Below the pieces are notes generated by a model that did no database searches, was not told the DNA's origin, and saw only the letters and a program-made list of their open reading frames with translations. A DNA stretch of 64,000 nucleotides from contig NW_027270913.1 of NCBI RefSeq assembly GCF_040938485.1, positions 2,046,001 to 2,110,000 on the forward strand, in the 5' to 3' direction. Source of the DNA: Diadema antillarum (Eukaryota). The position numbers and the translations under genes are program-made. Positions 47,985 to 61,975 of the stretch are shown here, in pieces (position 1 is the first letter of the stretch; every line of letters begins with the position of its first letter).

Positions 47985-48686
47985 AGGAGACCTTCTGATG
48001 ATTTTTACATTATGAACAACTATGATTTGGTTATTAAGGTTACAGAGTTTCAGAAGTTAGAGTGATTGAGATGAGGAATAAGAATATTTTCAAAATTCAT
48101 AGTAAATCACAATCACCGACAATAAACAAGGATGATTACATGGCAGCCTAACTATAAGAATGCATTATTAGGTGCTCAACGAAGCAGAACAAAAAACGAA
48201 AGCATGTATGAATTCTACACGTTAACTTATCAAACACGTGGTATTGCAGTTGTATTACATTTCTACATTTCAGAAATAATTATATGAGGCTGTCTGTTCA
48301 GTGTAACATTTTGGGGTTTTCAGAGCATAGAATTTTGTGCTCAAGGACCACAATAGATTCCACAAATATGGGAGCTGTTGAATTGAGGGGGTCGGTGCAA
48401 TGTAGTGCTAACCCTCACAATAGTCATTTTGAGATAATAGCTGTTAAATTTTTGGAAAGTCCATACATCGTACATTAATAAAACATGAATGCATGCATTT
48501 TTTACCATCTTATTGGTGGCGGAATTCAAATGTGATATTTTCACGGAGGTTAGAATGAAGGATAAGGATTATGAAAATGCATGTAACTCAATTTTGGCAA
48601 AAGTGTGGGTTAGCACTACATTGCAACGACCCCCTCAATTATGTAATCCAAGTGGTCAAATTATGAAAATTGTCTGGAATGCCCCT
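47985..48686. mobile_element. Old Kolobok-like element shared with the C2 unit (59565-60108)
   Basis: TTAA|AGGAGACC start and degenerate ATGCCCCT|TTTA end in both duplicates; predates the BC duplication. Confidence 0.5.
48385..48636. mobile_element. Sola-like MITE (252 bp), AATT TSD
   Basis: AATT|GAGGGGGTCGGTGCAATGTAGTGCTAACCC ... GGGTTAGCACTACATTGCAACGACCCCCTC|AATT. The empty site AGCTGTTGATTTATGT is at about 60051. Confidence 0.8.
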
Positions 48687-49682
48687 TTTATGGAGACACG
48701 ACTCTCTGTTTTCTTATCGCTTGGTACGATATCGTGACGCGAGAGCCTCTCCAAATCAATTTGCATGGTATGCTGCCATCACTCGGCAGACCATGGCCAG
48801 CTTTATACCCTTATGGTTATACAGAGAAGAGAAAGGTGTGAAAATCCAACTTTAAAGGGCTGCATTTCATAATTGTCAGCTATCGAGCGCGTAATGTTAG
48901 TTGTGAAGTAAAGGTAACTCTTCTTCTTTCCATTGATAGATGTTATGCATGACTGAGAACATGGACTTTAAAGAAGACGATGACAATTTGCACTTTTTCC
49001 AGGTAATGAGTGTCATCGTGAAGGAACAATGACTGTCTTACTGAATGCATGAGATCTGTCAATGGAAGTGGTCAAATTAACAGGCCAGCCTGACGACTGC
49101 AGGATTGTGTTTACAATGTATGGTCCCATAATCTCCAAAATGCCACGTTGTCGATAACTTGGTCACTTTCACAAAGGCTAACCCATCATCCACTTTTCTC
49201 TCTTCATATTCAAGACATGGTTTATCGCTGCGAGGTATGTGATGAATATGAACAGAGAAAATGGACTTTTGGGGGTTGTGGGGTTGGTCTTTGCGGGAGT
49301 GACCAAGTAATCGAACTAGTGTCCATGTCCAAGGTTATGGACCATAAAATGTCAGTCTAGAGAAACCTAAACACAAACCTGAACACAAACCTGCATTCGT
49401 ACGGGCCGCAGTGTTTATGTTTGCACTACCATTGACAGATCTCATCCAATCAGTGAGACTTTCATTGTTCATTAATGTGACACTCAAATGTGGAATTTAT
49501 CATTGTTGTCTCAAAAGTTAATGCGCTCAGTCATACATGACATCTGTCAACATAATTTGGTATCAATGGAAGAGGCCAGTGGAGTATTCCTACTTCTTTC
49601 CTCTCAACCAACATTGCACAGTACCGGAGCGCGTGACGCGTTTGTAACAACTGGTTGAGTGCGCTTTGCTAGTGTAGACATT

Positions 49683-50182
49683 AGGCGTTTTCACATCAAC
49701 CCGATACAAATCCAAGCTCGAGATATTTTTCGCGATTCCGAATTAGCGCGCTATTTCATTTCTTATTCACATCAGCCCGAAGAGAATTAATTTAAATTAT
49801 TTTTTTTTCGAGCTAATTCGACAGCTGAGCATGTGCAAACAGCATCAGTAATGTGTGCACTTTCAAAAATTTCTCATGCTTTGTGTGCAGTTTGCCTCGA
49901 TCGATCGGGTCACACACGCTAGGCATGATGGGATGCATCGCGCTAATTCCTTGACGCGTTTTCACATTATCAAATAGCGCGCTAGTTCGCCAATTATCCC
50001 GCTATTTCAGAAATTTCCAGAGTTGGACTCGAGAAATTTTCTCGACCAGGTACAACAGATACAATCAGCCCGCTAATTTGTGTTCACATTATCAAATAGC
50101 GCGCTATTTCGTGATCGGGTTAATTTCCCAAGTCAGAAAATAGCGCGCTATTTCGAAATATCGGGCTGATGTGAAAACGCCT
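49683..50182. mobile_element. Harbinger-like MITE (500 bp), 3-bp ATT TSD
   Basis: TIR AGGCGTTTTCACATCA(A/G)CCCGAT; ATT at 49680-49682 and 50183-50185; repeated internal palindrome AATAGCGCGCTATT. Confidence 0.78.
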
Positions 50183-50644
50183 ATTGTGACGTCAGTGACC
50201 GAGCAGTTATGCTTTCTCTGTAATGACCCATACATAGAATAACACGCCGTGTTGTTGTGACTTTTCGCTGCTCACTTTTTTTCCACGGCTGTGCATACAT
50301 GTTAGAAAGGAAATCGAGAGCACACACGTGATTCATTTCAGCGCTTCTAATAGGCTACATTATTGAACCCATTTTATAAAAATGTATTTCAACTTTTATG
50401 TGATTGTGATAAGTATATGAGAACGTGTTTGATTGTGCCGCATTTTTGTTTTGAGACTAACCCACCTGCATAACCCCTAAAATACTGACAATTCTACGCG
50501 CTCGTTCTGCTATTCTTGAGATGGTATACAAGACATTTGATTTACGTTAGTCAAGATTTGCTGGAGTTGTTATGAACAGGACATACTATAACCATCCGAT
50601 AGTCAAATAAGATAACTAATAGCGGTCACAGATCCAACGAAAAC

Positions 50645-51121
50645 CATGGAACCATGGAAATCAAATTTGTGTAAAGCTGGAATACACAAAAATCAGCCAT
50701 AATTCACTTGTGATAGCCCCTGAAAACATATTTCGGTGAATTAGATCATATCTCTATAGCATTTAGTATTTTGGCATTTGTTTTTGCTCCATAAGCGCCG
50801 GTACTGATGTGGACGTGTTTTAAACTATATGGGTATATCTTAAACATTAGGTATATGTTAAAATTCCCTGTTTGATTACTGCTGGTGAGGCTGAAAGCAG
50901 AAAATTTCAGATGATGAATGAGTATGATGAAAAAGACGATAAAGCCTTGATAATTACCAGAAATTGGAAAGGCATTTCCAAGTGAAGTATTTCTTTATAG
51001 AGTTCAAAATCGTTTAGTATACACAAACATTATGTAGAAAAGTAGGCGAACCATAGGCCTAACATATTGATTTCAAAAAATAGATTTCACGTGTTACAAT
51101 AATTTTGTCCCAATAATCTTT

Positions 51122-51179
<58 letters not shown>

Positions 51180-54100
51180 GCACACAATCGTGTATCGTCT
51201 TTTCCATAATGTATGCGTGCATGTGTCTTGACATGTGCTAGACTGTGGACATGCGGATGCCGGTGTGGATACGTGATAAAGTTTGAATGATTTTTAATTT
51301 TAACACGAGTTGGAGTAAAGGAATCATTTTTTAATACTAATTCCTTGGTACAGATTGATTGAAGCCTATACTTATACAGTGGTGATATACACAAGAATAT
51401 TTTCTTTTCGTATTTCCTTTCTATGGTATTGGTTCAGTGATATTTATTTCTGATGCTTTCTTAAGTAAATCTGTAGCATATTATTTGGCAAGTTTGTATT
51501 AAGTGTATCATGAATGATGTTGAGTAATATTCATACTCGTCATAGAGTATATAGGTAGGTGAAGTATGACGTGTGGTTAAACATTTTTGTGTGCAATATA
51601 TTCATATTTAATGATGAGATTTCCTATGTGGATTTTTGTATGATAGCGCAGTGTGTTCTATTTAATTTTGAGGTATTTGTATGTCATTGCGATGTATTTT
51701 ACCCTTCGGGCTACGATTTTGTAAGTTTTCACCAAATAAACCACTCTAGCAATAATAATAACAATAAAACAACATACACACACACACACTCACAACATCT
51801 ACAACAACAACAACAACAGATACAATTTTTCTTTAAATGTATGTCTTCATTATTCATTGTATGCATTATACCTACAATACATCATGGTATCACACAAACG
51901 GAGATACAGAATACGACACTGATAGAGAATAGCAATTCCCGTTGTCCAGTCTGCGCATCTACGTTAAGTAAACATAAAATCTTGCACAGAAACAATAAAA
52001 AGAAATGGTAATGCATGATGTTACAAAACCTCTACTAAGAATCTTTTGTTCAGGTGTAGTCAACAGTTTACCAGGGACAAGAGGTATTGTTGACAGACTG
52101 CTGAATTGTATTCTCTCAGCTTGATAACCATGACCCCCTTTTGCAGTCTCTGTTACGAGGAAATGATAAGCCTCAGGTGCAGATGAAAGTAAAATTCTGC
52201 CATGTTGTTGCGTATTAATCACAAAAGCATCTTTGACAAGAATTATTTCGCAGACGTTGAAACTTGTGTACATCGTATTATCTTTTGAAGATAAAAAAAT
52301 CCTCATATCTGGCTGGAATGCTCTCCAGGGAGTGGAGGGTGAGCTCTGTCAGTGCTGGCGAGAAATAAGGTATCCAGACACTGGGTTAATAATAGCATTA
52401 ATATGAGCTTTGAGCACTCTACAGAGTGGATTTGGCGCAATACAAATTCATATTTTTATCATTATTGTTATTATTTTTTTGACACCTTGATAAGGATAAA
52501 CCACAGGTTCCGACTTACTTTCCTAAGACCATTTCATGGCATGACATGATATGGCATAACATTTCGTTTTCCACATCATAATGACGTACATAGTAAGTAC
52601 TTCTGCAAATCCACAGCATTGCAGCACAACACACACCTCACTCTTCTGCACACCCTCTGCACTGTGCTCCATCAGAGATGTCATACTTAAAATGTACGTT
52701 TTCATTTCATATTGTTGTAACACCACCTGGGGCCATTTTCATTATTATAGTCAATCTCTACTTATTAACATAGTTCCTTGTACGTCTAAATATCTTCTCG
52801 AAATCGTTTAATACACGAAGTGATTGCTCTGTCAATATACCATCAATATGACAATGCTATATATTTTTACATTAAACGGTTTTCCTATACAGTGCAACAT
52901 TTATGTATATTGACGTATATAACTCATGTGATTATGCCTACACTTTGCAAAATGTTGTCTTTCTGTATATTTTAAATGAAATGGAAAAATAAAAATGGAT
53001 TAAACTGGACGGAAATGTTGCATGAGGTCTCGTACACAAAGCAAAACAAAACAAAGCAATACAGTAGAAAGATAATTTATTGAATCCGTTCGAATGTTCG
53101 AACGGATTAGTTTGTCTGTTCTGACTAGTTTGTCTGCACATTATAAAATGACCCGACAATAGTTTGGTAGTCAAGAGCCTTACTGATTTTAACAAATAAA
53201 TCGAAAATTGAGTGTGTTAGTTTTTGATTATACAATTTGCCTGTACAATGTGATTTGCCATATGATTATGTAAAATGAATTACCTGTTTCGTAAGAATTG
53301 TGTCTTAGATGTATCATGTTGCATTGTCTTTTATGCTTATGATGAGCACCCTATGGAAGGAAGGGGAGACTGTCTTGAATACACTCGAGCGGGCCTGTGT
53401 GAATATGTACTAGAATATGTTTTTGTTAAACTGAAGAATTGTTCAGTGTTGTAGGTCTAATAACCATGGATGTCATAGAAGCACATATTTATCCATATTC
53501 ATCTATGTGGATAGATCTGAAATTGGCAATGAAACATTACAAATTCTATAACCCGAGACATATCAAAAGTTCGGTTATGTTTGATGATTTACCTTTGATT
53601 TACCATCTGAATGATGTTATATTCAAAACTGCACATTCTTCGTATATAATTTTACTGTCATTGTGCTGTTTTTGTTTTTGGCCAAACTAAATGCTACTTC
53701 TAATCTCAATAATCACATCTGGAACAAGATTTAGTAAAGAACCAATGGCAATGCCTAATTATCTATTCTTTCTACTGAATCACATTTTCAATCATTCGAG
53801 AGTCTTTTTCCTCATTATCTTCAATCACTTTACACGATAATAAGCTTACGATTGTAGCTCTCTGCAGCAGGGAAAGAAGAATTTATTTGAAGGTAAGATG
53901 TCATCGGAATTAACACTAAAATTGGTATGACAGGAAAGAAACCGTTTTAACAAAATTGTACACAAAATAGTGATATATCAAACATTCAGAGTAAGATTGT
54001 ATATCGAACAGGTAAAGAAATTACATTCTCTCGTATACATACATAAATATATACAGCATAAATGATGCAAGAGTTGCTACAGACTGTGTTGTATCTGTTA

Positions 54101-54560
54101 ATATTTCTAGATATCAGCGAAGTGAAGGAATTGCCGAGTTTCACAAATATCTACAGAACATATTACAATTTTCCTTGTAAAGAAAACCACTGCCATATAA
54201 GATCTCTCACTACGAGAACGAAGATGGATTTCAACAATTTCCATTGTGGTGTTTCGCTTCTTTGCAAAGACATTAGGCTGACTTTGGCAACTCTAGAACC
54301 TATCGTGCCTCTGGTCATTTCTGTGAGTAGTGGAAAGGACAGGGCTCAATCTCAGAACAATATCATTAATAAAATACTGCCAAATTCCTGTTCTTTCGCC
54401 TACATTTGCCGTCTTGAATGCGAAGCTTTATGACCTCGGGAAAACACATGATTGATGTTTTTTTTTTTTCGTTTAACGGTATAACGAAATTCCAAAAGAA
54501 ACGAAGAAGAAGAAGGTAAAGATTTAAGATGAAACACACAAAAAGTGTGCGCACGAAGTT
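50645..54560. repeat. Shared non-coding block X, copy 3 (least interrupted)
   Basis: Colinear with X1, X2 and X4. Confidence 0.88.
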
Positions 54561-54606
54561 ATTGGAATTTTACCTACACCTCGAAAGAAATCAAGAATAA
54601 AAATGA

Positions 54607-55536
54607 TTAAATATCAATGTCCTCTAAAATAATACAACTACATCCGTCAACATTCTCACAATTCAGTTCTTCGTTTTCATCCTCATCCGTTTTCTTCTGT
54701 GTAATAAGCCACTGTTTTCTTACAATTCCTACAAAGCTCGCTATGATAAGCACAGTTCCTAACAGCATTATCCAGTTCGGAACGACACCGAAGAACACAA
54801 ATTCTATCACAAATGAAAACAGGACGTCGCTGGCGTGATAGAGAGACACATTGAGGGCCCTCTCGTACTTCAGGGCGAGATAGATGAGTATTTGGGAGAA
54901 AAAAAAAATGATGAGGCCGTTAGCAATTAGTGCGAAGCGATCCAGCCCACAAATAGGAAGAGTCCACTGGTTTGGGACGGACGTGGAGAAGGCAGCGAAA
55001 TCGGTAGCGGTCAGAGAATATTATGGTCAGCATTCCTAGAGACGAAATACCCAAGGAGGCAAGTTTTCGCTGTAGGACGAGAATGATCGCGGGGAAAAAC
55101 ACGGAAAATAAGCAAAGGATTGCACCAAGGACGCTGGAGCTGAAAGCCGAAGTCATCGAATCGAGAGCATCGAAGAGAAACGGGGCTAGGGTGGGCTACC
55201 AGATTGAATGACACCCGGACATGACACACCCAATCGGTGCAAGCGAAATAATGGCGGTCAAAGTCTATAGTGTGTACCAAACACCTTTCCACCTCCCAAT
55301 GGCCAACAGGTCCATATTGTCCGTCAGTTAATCTTTTCTGCTTCCATTTCTTTTTCCGACATACTTGGCATTTGTTCATCTTCACGAACACGTATGCCTC
55401 TGTCATTAAAACCCAATTCATTCCTAAGCTGAAGTCACATGATTCAGCATTGTTTCCAGTTTCGATTTTTCTCTCGCAAAATGTCACCATTCTGCTCAAT
55501 CTGTCGTTTCGCACTTGCGCATGTGTTGTCAGCCAT
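54607..55536 (-). pseudogene. SLC35G1-like clade B copy 2, pseudogene
   Basis: Starts MADNTCASAKRQ like B1. It has a +2 frameshift at about 55427, in-frame stops, a 323-nt deletion equivalent to B1 43104-43426, and a further +1 insertion at about 55021. The C-terminal 80 codons are still open. Confidence 0.92.
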
Positions 55537-56749
55537 TTTGAAGATGGTTTCTCAGTCGTTTAGTCTGAAAAAATGTATCCTACTATTTGCAACACACCCA
55601 TACCGTTCGACATGATTTTAAATCAGAAGTTTGTAGAGTCCAGTTTCATTGCCATGATGACGTTACTCCTTGCCTTTGGTCGAGGCCTTAGATAATGTAT
55701 CTGTCTTCTTTATTAGTTGCGATTGCCAGAAGATGGGCAAGACAGGTTCGGTCCAAAATCTTGCATGATGTTTGAGATGTCCTGTGCAATGTCACTAGAC
55801 TTGATATGAAAGAACACTGCCAGTTCTCTCTTCTCTCTTTCTTCTGCTTCTTCGTCGTGTTTGTCATCATCATCATTGTTCACCCAATCGGGGGTAGCGA
55901 CGGAAATTTGGAGCCTACGCAAAAGTTGCTAGTATACCTTAACAGTTATATCCCGTCTTTCGACAGAAACTGAAATTTAGATTAGATTACAGCAGTAAAG
56001 CATTGCTTACTAATGGAGTGTTATCTAAAGTACTACCTTGTAATTGCGAAATAACACCTGAGACCCTGTGATGTACACGACTACAAACAAAACATGGGCA
56101 CTAAAAGTGGTTGCGGTTGCTTTTGATACGAGATAGCCAATTGCAAAAATGAATGATCATAACTGAAGTGAATGAATGATCATAGCCGTAACTGGTATCA
56201 ATCTTTGGTTGTTGCTTGCGAATATTCTCCAGCATACATTTCATTCGAACGCTCTGATAGTAGCCTACCTCATATTTGAACTTCAACAACAAAGAGGAAA
56301 AAACAGACAGAATAGGTGCTTTTTTTTTTCTTCACACTTTAGATGGAGAACCGAAGAACTGGCCTACGACAAGCTCCATCTCTGACGGTCATATATACCT
56401 GTGCTTTAATCTCTATCGCTTCCGAAAGATAGAAATGAGCTCGTCGATGTAGCCGCTTTAACGTAGGTAAATTGATCATTTTGATAGATATTTCATATAT
56501 ATTAGTACTGGGATATCGATGCTGCAATAAGGAGGTACATTAAGAATGCAGACATTTTTCCCGAGTTGTTTACCTTTTTACATCCACAACACCACTTCAA
56601 ATCCGCACATACCAAGCAAAACATCTCAGGCACTGTCCTTTATCGGAATCGGACCTTCGTGCATCCACATACTTCTTTTTTTTTCACGTGTTTTTAAATC
56701 GCGAAACGTAAAGGGAACAACAATGTCTAGAGTTCAGACTTTAACGCTT

Positions 56750-57105
56750 ATTGTTATTATTATCATTATTATTATCATTATCATTATTATTATTATTGTT
56801 GTTATTATTATTATTATCATTATCATTATTATCATTATATTGTTTTTTTCTATCCAGGGTGCCCCCCCCCCCCCCCTCCCCATGTTACCACTGTTTTGCA
56901 AGAGGGTCCTGCCATTATTATTACTCTGGCGTTGTAATGTACCCATTAGTTTATGCACCTGGGTCGAGAGGGACATGGTAAAAAATGATAATAATAATGA
57001 TAATAAGAAAAGAAAAAAATCTTGTCCAATGACGTAAGTGCTGGACTAGATACGAAGTCTGGTACTTCATTTGGGAGTTTGGAGTCTAATCCTTTATGCC
57101 ACAGT
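56750..57105 (-). mobile_element. tRNA-derived SINE, single copy, 3' of C2
   Basis: Homologous to 45355-45790 (GTCATTGGACAAG, CTCTCGACCCAGGTG, AATGGGTAC), with an (ATT/ATC)n tail. Confidence 0.7.
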
Positions 57106-57225
57106 ACACGCACTATGAAGTTTTGTGATTATAAATTGAACAAAATTGTGTATACAATAAGAGAAAAGAATGAAAAAGCCACTACCACAACCTTTTGGCT
57201 CTTGCATGTGGCAAAAACAAATATA

Positions 57226-58437
57226 TTACATTTGCATATTGCTTGTGCTCACACCACTCTCACTTGTGGCGACACTACACTTGTCAGATTTCTCGTCAGG
57301 AAGCCTCTTTTCTGAGGGTGACGACGTTTTTCCAGTAATGCCAATGAACCCTGTCACAATCAAAGCAGTTCCTATAATTGTGATGTAATTGGGGACGGTC
57401 CCAAAAAGAAAGTATTCAAAGATAAAGGCAAACATGACGTCGCTCGAATGGATTAACGACACGTTCGCAGCCCGCTGAGATTTGAGGGCTACGAAGATGA
57501 AAACCTGCGAGAGGAAATTGCAAATGCCGTTCAATAAGATTGAGATGCGATCCAAGCCGCATCCAGGGAGGGACCATTGGTTGGTGGCGGAAGTCACTAC
57601 TGCCGTGAAGCACATGCCGAATGAGGAGTAGAGGGTAAGCATGACCATTGGGGTTATGCCGTACAAGCCGAGTTTCCGCAAGATGATGATGGTGACAGAG
57701 TGTAAGAAGGCTACCAGGAGACTAAGCAAGGCGCCCAGGACGCTGGAACTTGACTCAGAATCCTCCTCCTCCGGGAGGCCAAAAAGGAAAGTGGGCTGCG
57801 CCACCAGAAACACTCCTGTTAGCATCACCAGGCCTAGGACGGCGTCCAGAATCGAAAACTTCTCCTTCAGGAGCAGCCAACCCAAGAGACCGGTGAAAAC
57901 GGGACTGCAGTATTGTATCGCCTTCGCGTTGGCCACAGGCATGATTTGGTACGTGTAGAACATGATCATTGTGTTGGCTGATCCCACTATGGCGCGCAAG
58001 AGTAACAGGAAGTAAGCCGCTCGTGAATATTTGAAGGATGGTCGTTGAAAGACAGTGATAGGAACACAAATTATAAGCTGGATGGCAAAGCGGGTGAAAG
58101 ATATCTCATTTGCTGACACTGATCCCTCCAGCTGCTTGACGGTCATGCCAGAAAAGGCTATGACGAGGGCTGACAAGACAGTAAACCAGATGCCCCTTTG
58201 CTTCAACAGCATGTCCTTACGTTGTTGCGATTTGTTATTCTGTTGCAGCGCACTTTTGGTGCTCCTTGTGTCTGCATGCGTATCCCGAGAAGCTGTGTCG
58301 CCTTCAAACGCTTCATTGTCCAAGCCAGTTCCTGCCGGACCACCACAAGATCGCCGTCGAGGGCCTAGAGCACTGTTCATGTCGGGATCAGTCCAATCTC
58401 CCAGCGGCTCCTGTCCACCATGCAGAGTTTCAGCCAT
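57226..58437 (-). CDS. SLC35G1: SLC35G1-like EamA/DMT transporter, clade C copy 2 (403 aa)
   Basis: ATG start; intact paralogue of C1 with the same motifs. Confidence 0.93.
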   Translation of the reverse strand: MAETLHGGQEPLGDWTDPDMNSALGPRRRSCGGPAGTGLDNEAFEGDTASRDTHADTRSTKSALQQNNKSQQRKDMLLKQRGIWFTVLSALVIAFSGMTVKQLEGSVSANEISFTRFAIQLIICVPITVFQRPSFKYSRAAYFLLLLRAIVGSANTMIMFYTYQIMPVANAKAIQYCSPVFTGLLGWLLLKEKFSILDAVLGLVMLTGVFLVAQPTFLFGLPEEEDSESSSSVLGALLSLLVAFLHSVTIIILRKLGLYGITPMVMLTLYSSFGMCFTAVVTSATNQWSLPGCGLDRISILLNGICNFLSQVFIFVALKSQRAANVSLIHSSDVMFAFIFEYFLFGTVPNYITIIGTALIVTGFIGITGKTSSPSEKRLPDEKSDKCSVATSESGVSTSNMQM

Positions 58438-59960
58438 CGTATCTTAGTTATCCTTATACCTCTGTATTAAGATTTCTCCTGTTCCACGTCATTTAACATG
58501 CGCACCTACGGTCTGCATATCATGACAGACTTGAAATGCTTTAACCTTTTCTGCGACATAATCAGTACTGGCTGAATTCCGATGACCCTTAAAAATCCCA
58601 TCATAATGGAGACTTTGAAACCCATCACATACGCTATTGCCACATGACACCACCAGCTCACTCATTCTTGAACTTTGCTTATCAGTTTGACGCTGATAGC
58701 ATTGAGACTGCTATAAATATTCTTCAGACTGAATGGATTCAAGAAGTATACGAAGAATTATAATCCCCATTCGAACTAGAAGACAAAGATGCGAAGGGTT
58801 ACGGGTATCTCATAGCCGGTCTTTGTTTTTCTTTTCTCTTTGTTTGTTTGTTCGTTTGTTTTTGGTTCCCATTGATTTGCGTAAAAACTGAGGCAAGTGT
58901 GGCTGTTTGATATCTATATGATCACCTCCATTGCAAGTCTTTTTAAATATCTATTTTTCATTTCGCTTAACCCATTCCATACGGGAACCTGGTGACCTGT
59001 GTATTAAAGTCTTAGGGAATTTCATAATTCAGTACGAAACGGGTTAAATGATTTTGGACAAATGTGTTTAAACGTGATAAGTTATACGTCTACTCAAACT
59101 AATTTTCCTATGTGTTATGAATTGAATTGAATTACTGAAACTGCACCAGTCTTGCTCTCGAAACTCACTGGGGCAGTTCCAGTAGTTTATTTTCATATTT
59201 TACTTCACATTGATTTAATGCATACAAAGCAAGAAAATATGAACAAACAAGATACAAAATAATTATAATAAACAGTGGATCGCATCTCCCTATTACGTGT
59301 GATATTTGTCCAGGACATTGTAAAAGGGACTCTCGCCTTCATGACTTAATTAATCCCAGCCAAGAGAATGACTTGCCATGGGCGTCTTTTGCAAAACAGT
59401 AACGAATTCACAGAGCTGAGATGGAGAACAGAACGATCTAGAAATAGCCCATCCCATTTATAATATTAAGATTATTCAACAGTAATCAATGAATAATATC
59501 ATGCTTTGGGGGTACTGTTCCCTGTCTGTGTAATGTTGGTATAACCTCATTTTTAAAGTGCATTAGGAGACCTCCGGATGATTTTCAGACTTTGACACAT
59601 GAACAACTATGAACGGGTTACCGGTTTCAGAGTTTCAGAAGATATAGCGATTTGGATGAGGAATAAGAATGTTTTAAAAATTCACAATGAACAAAGATGA
59701 CTGCATGACAGCCTAACAATAAGAATATATGAGTAGGGACTCAAGGAAGCAGAACAAAAGAAGAAAGCATGCATGAATTCCACAAAGGTCAAGTTATTAA
59801 GCACGTGGGTAGGCCCTATTGTAATATTATTGTATTAGATTTCTACATTTCAGAAATACATGAGGCTGTATGTAATCATCCCTGTTCAGTGTAACATTTG
59901 GGGGTTTTTGTAGAGTATAGATTTCTCTGCTCAAAGACCACAATAGATTCTACAAATCTG

Positions 59961-60045
59961 TATATGAAGAGCTTGCTTCCAAAAGGCGCTAAATCCATTG
60001 TAAAACGATGGATTTAGCGCATTTCGAAAGCAAGCTCTTCATATA
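59961..60045. mobile_element. 85-bp fully palindromic mini-MITE with TA ends
   Basis: TATATGAAGAGCTTGCTT..GCGCTAAATCCAT / ATGGATTTAGCGC..AAGCAAGCTCTTCATATA; absent from the C1-unit homolog at about 48365. Confidence 0.75.
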
Positions 60046-61975
60046 AAAGAAGCTGTTGATTTATGTCCTCCATGAGATAAAATCACGAAAATTATCTGAA
60101 ATGCCCCTTTTATGGAGACACGACTTCTTGTTTTATAAGCGCTAGGTACGATATCGTGACGCGTGACCCTCTGAAAATCAACTTGCATGGTAGGCTGCCA
60201 TCACTCGGCTGACCATTGCCAGCTTCATGCCCTTATAGTTAAACGGAGGGGGGAAAAATGCAACGGCTACGATTTCATAGTTGTCAGCTATCGAGAGGGC
60301 AATGATAGTTGTGAAGAAAGGGGAACTCTTCCTCTTTCCAATGGTACTTATGTTAACAAATGTTATGCATGACTGAGCACACGAACTTTAAAAAAAAATT
60401 AAAATGACAAATTGCACTTTTTCCAAGTTTGAGTGCTATCGTGAAGGAACTGTCGTACTGAATGGATGGGATCTGTCAAGGAAAGTGATCAAATTAACAG
60501 GCCAGCCCGACGACTGCAGGGTTGTGTTTACAATGTATAATGGTCCATAATCTTCAACATGACCACGTTGTCGATAACTTGGTCACTTTCACAAAGGCTA
60601 ACCCATTAAACGCTTGAATAGACCCTGTACTTCAGAGCCCCTTTTCTTAGTTCACACTTTTCCAGAGTGTGTGCTTTCTTTCCAGTACTAGTATTTATGT
60701 AGGTTAAGGGATTCCATTTGAATTGAGTCATACATCATTTTAAAGCTAGAGTCTGCTCTTTCAGAATCTGCCCTTAAGTGAAAATCCATGTCTGGGGACT
60801 TTTCGTTGGTTTTGTGGTGCAGGGTCACATATGGACTTTACATGCAACTTGCAGCGTTTCTCAACATTGCAATTATCTTCATTAAAGCCGACATCACACA
60901 CGCACACACAAACACACACAAACACACACACACACACACAAACACACACGCACACACATTATCGTGTATCGTCTCTCCCACTTGTATGCGTGCATGTGTC
61001 TTGACATGTGCTAGACAGTCAAGGTGGACATGCGGATGCCGGTGTGGATACGTGATGATGTTTGCATGATTTTTTCTTTTTAATATTAATTCCTTGGTGC
61101 AGATTGATTGAAACATACTCATGCAGTGGTGATATACGAATATCTCTTCTTTCATATTTGCTTTTTATAGTATCGGTCCAGTGATATGTGTTTATGATGT
61201 TTTTTTAAAGTAAATATGTAGAATATAATTTGACAGGATTTTGTGGTAAGTATATTATGAAGGATGTTGTGTAATATTCATACTCGTGTACTATAAGTAA
61301 AATACGTGGTAATATTTTTGTGCAATATGTTCACATTAAATGATGGGATTTCTTAAGTGGAATTTTGTACGATAGCTCAATGTGTTCTATTCAATTTTGG
61401 AGATATTATTTACATGTCATTGCAATGCATTTTACTCTTCAGGCTACGATTTTGCAAGTTTACACCAAATAAACCATTCTAATAATAATAATGATAATAG
61501 CATCACACACACACACAATACAGAACACGACACAGACAGAGAATAGCAATTCCCGTCGTCCAGTCTGCTGATCTAAACATAAAATCTGTCACAGAAACAA
61601 TAAAAGGAAATGGTAATGCATGATGTTACAAAACCTTGACTAAGATTCTTTAGCTCAGATGTAGTCAACTATATTTACCACGGACAAGAGGTAAGAAAAT
61701 ATTGTTGACAGAATCCTAAATTGTACTCTCTCAGCTTGAGAACCATGACGCCTATAGAATCAGCCTTTCGCAGTCTCTGTTATAAGGAAATGATAAGCCT
61801 CAGATATAGATAACAGTAAAATGTTTCCATGTTGTTGCATATGAATCATACAAACACCTTTGACAAGAATTTTTTCGCATACAGTAAGTTGAAACTTGTA
61901 TACATCGGTAAATATCTTTTGAAGATAAAACAATTCTCATATCTCAATATCTTTCTGACACCTTAATGAACTTAA

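Noticed and set aside
11652-60606. Duplicates being uncollapsed allelic haplotypes
   Set aside because: Roughly 10-15% divergence, four copies of block X, different gene content and many private insertions exceed what is expected for alleles. Long-read confirmation is still desirable because the scaffold is gapped.
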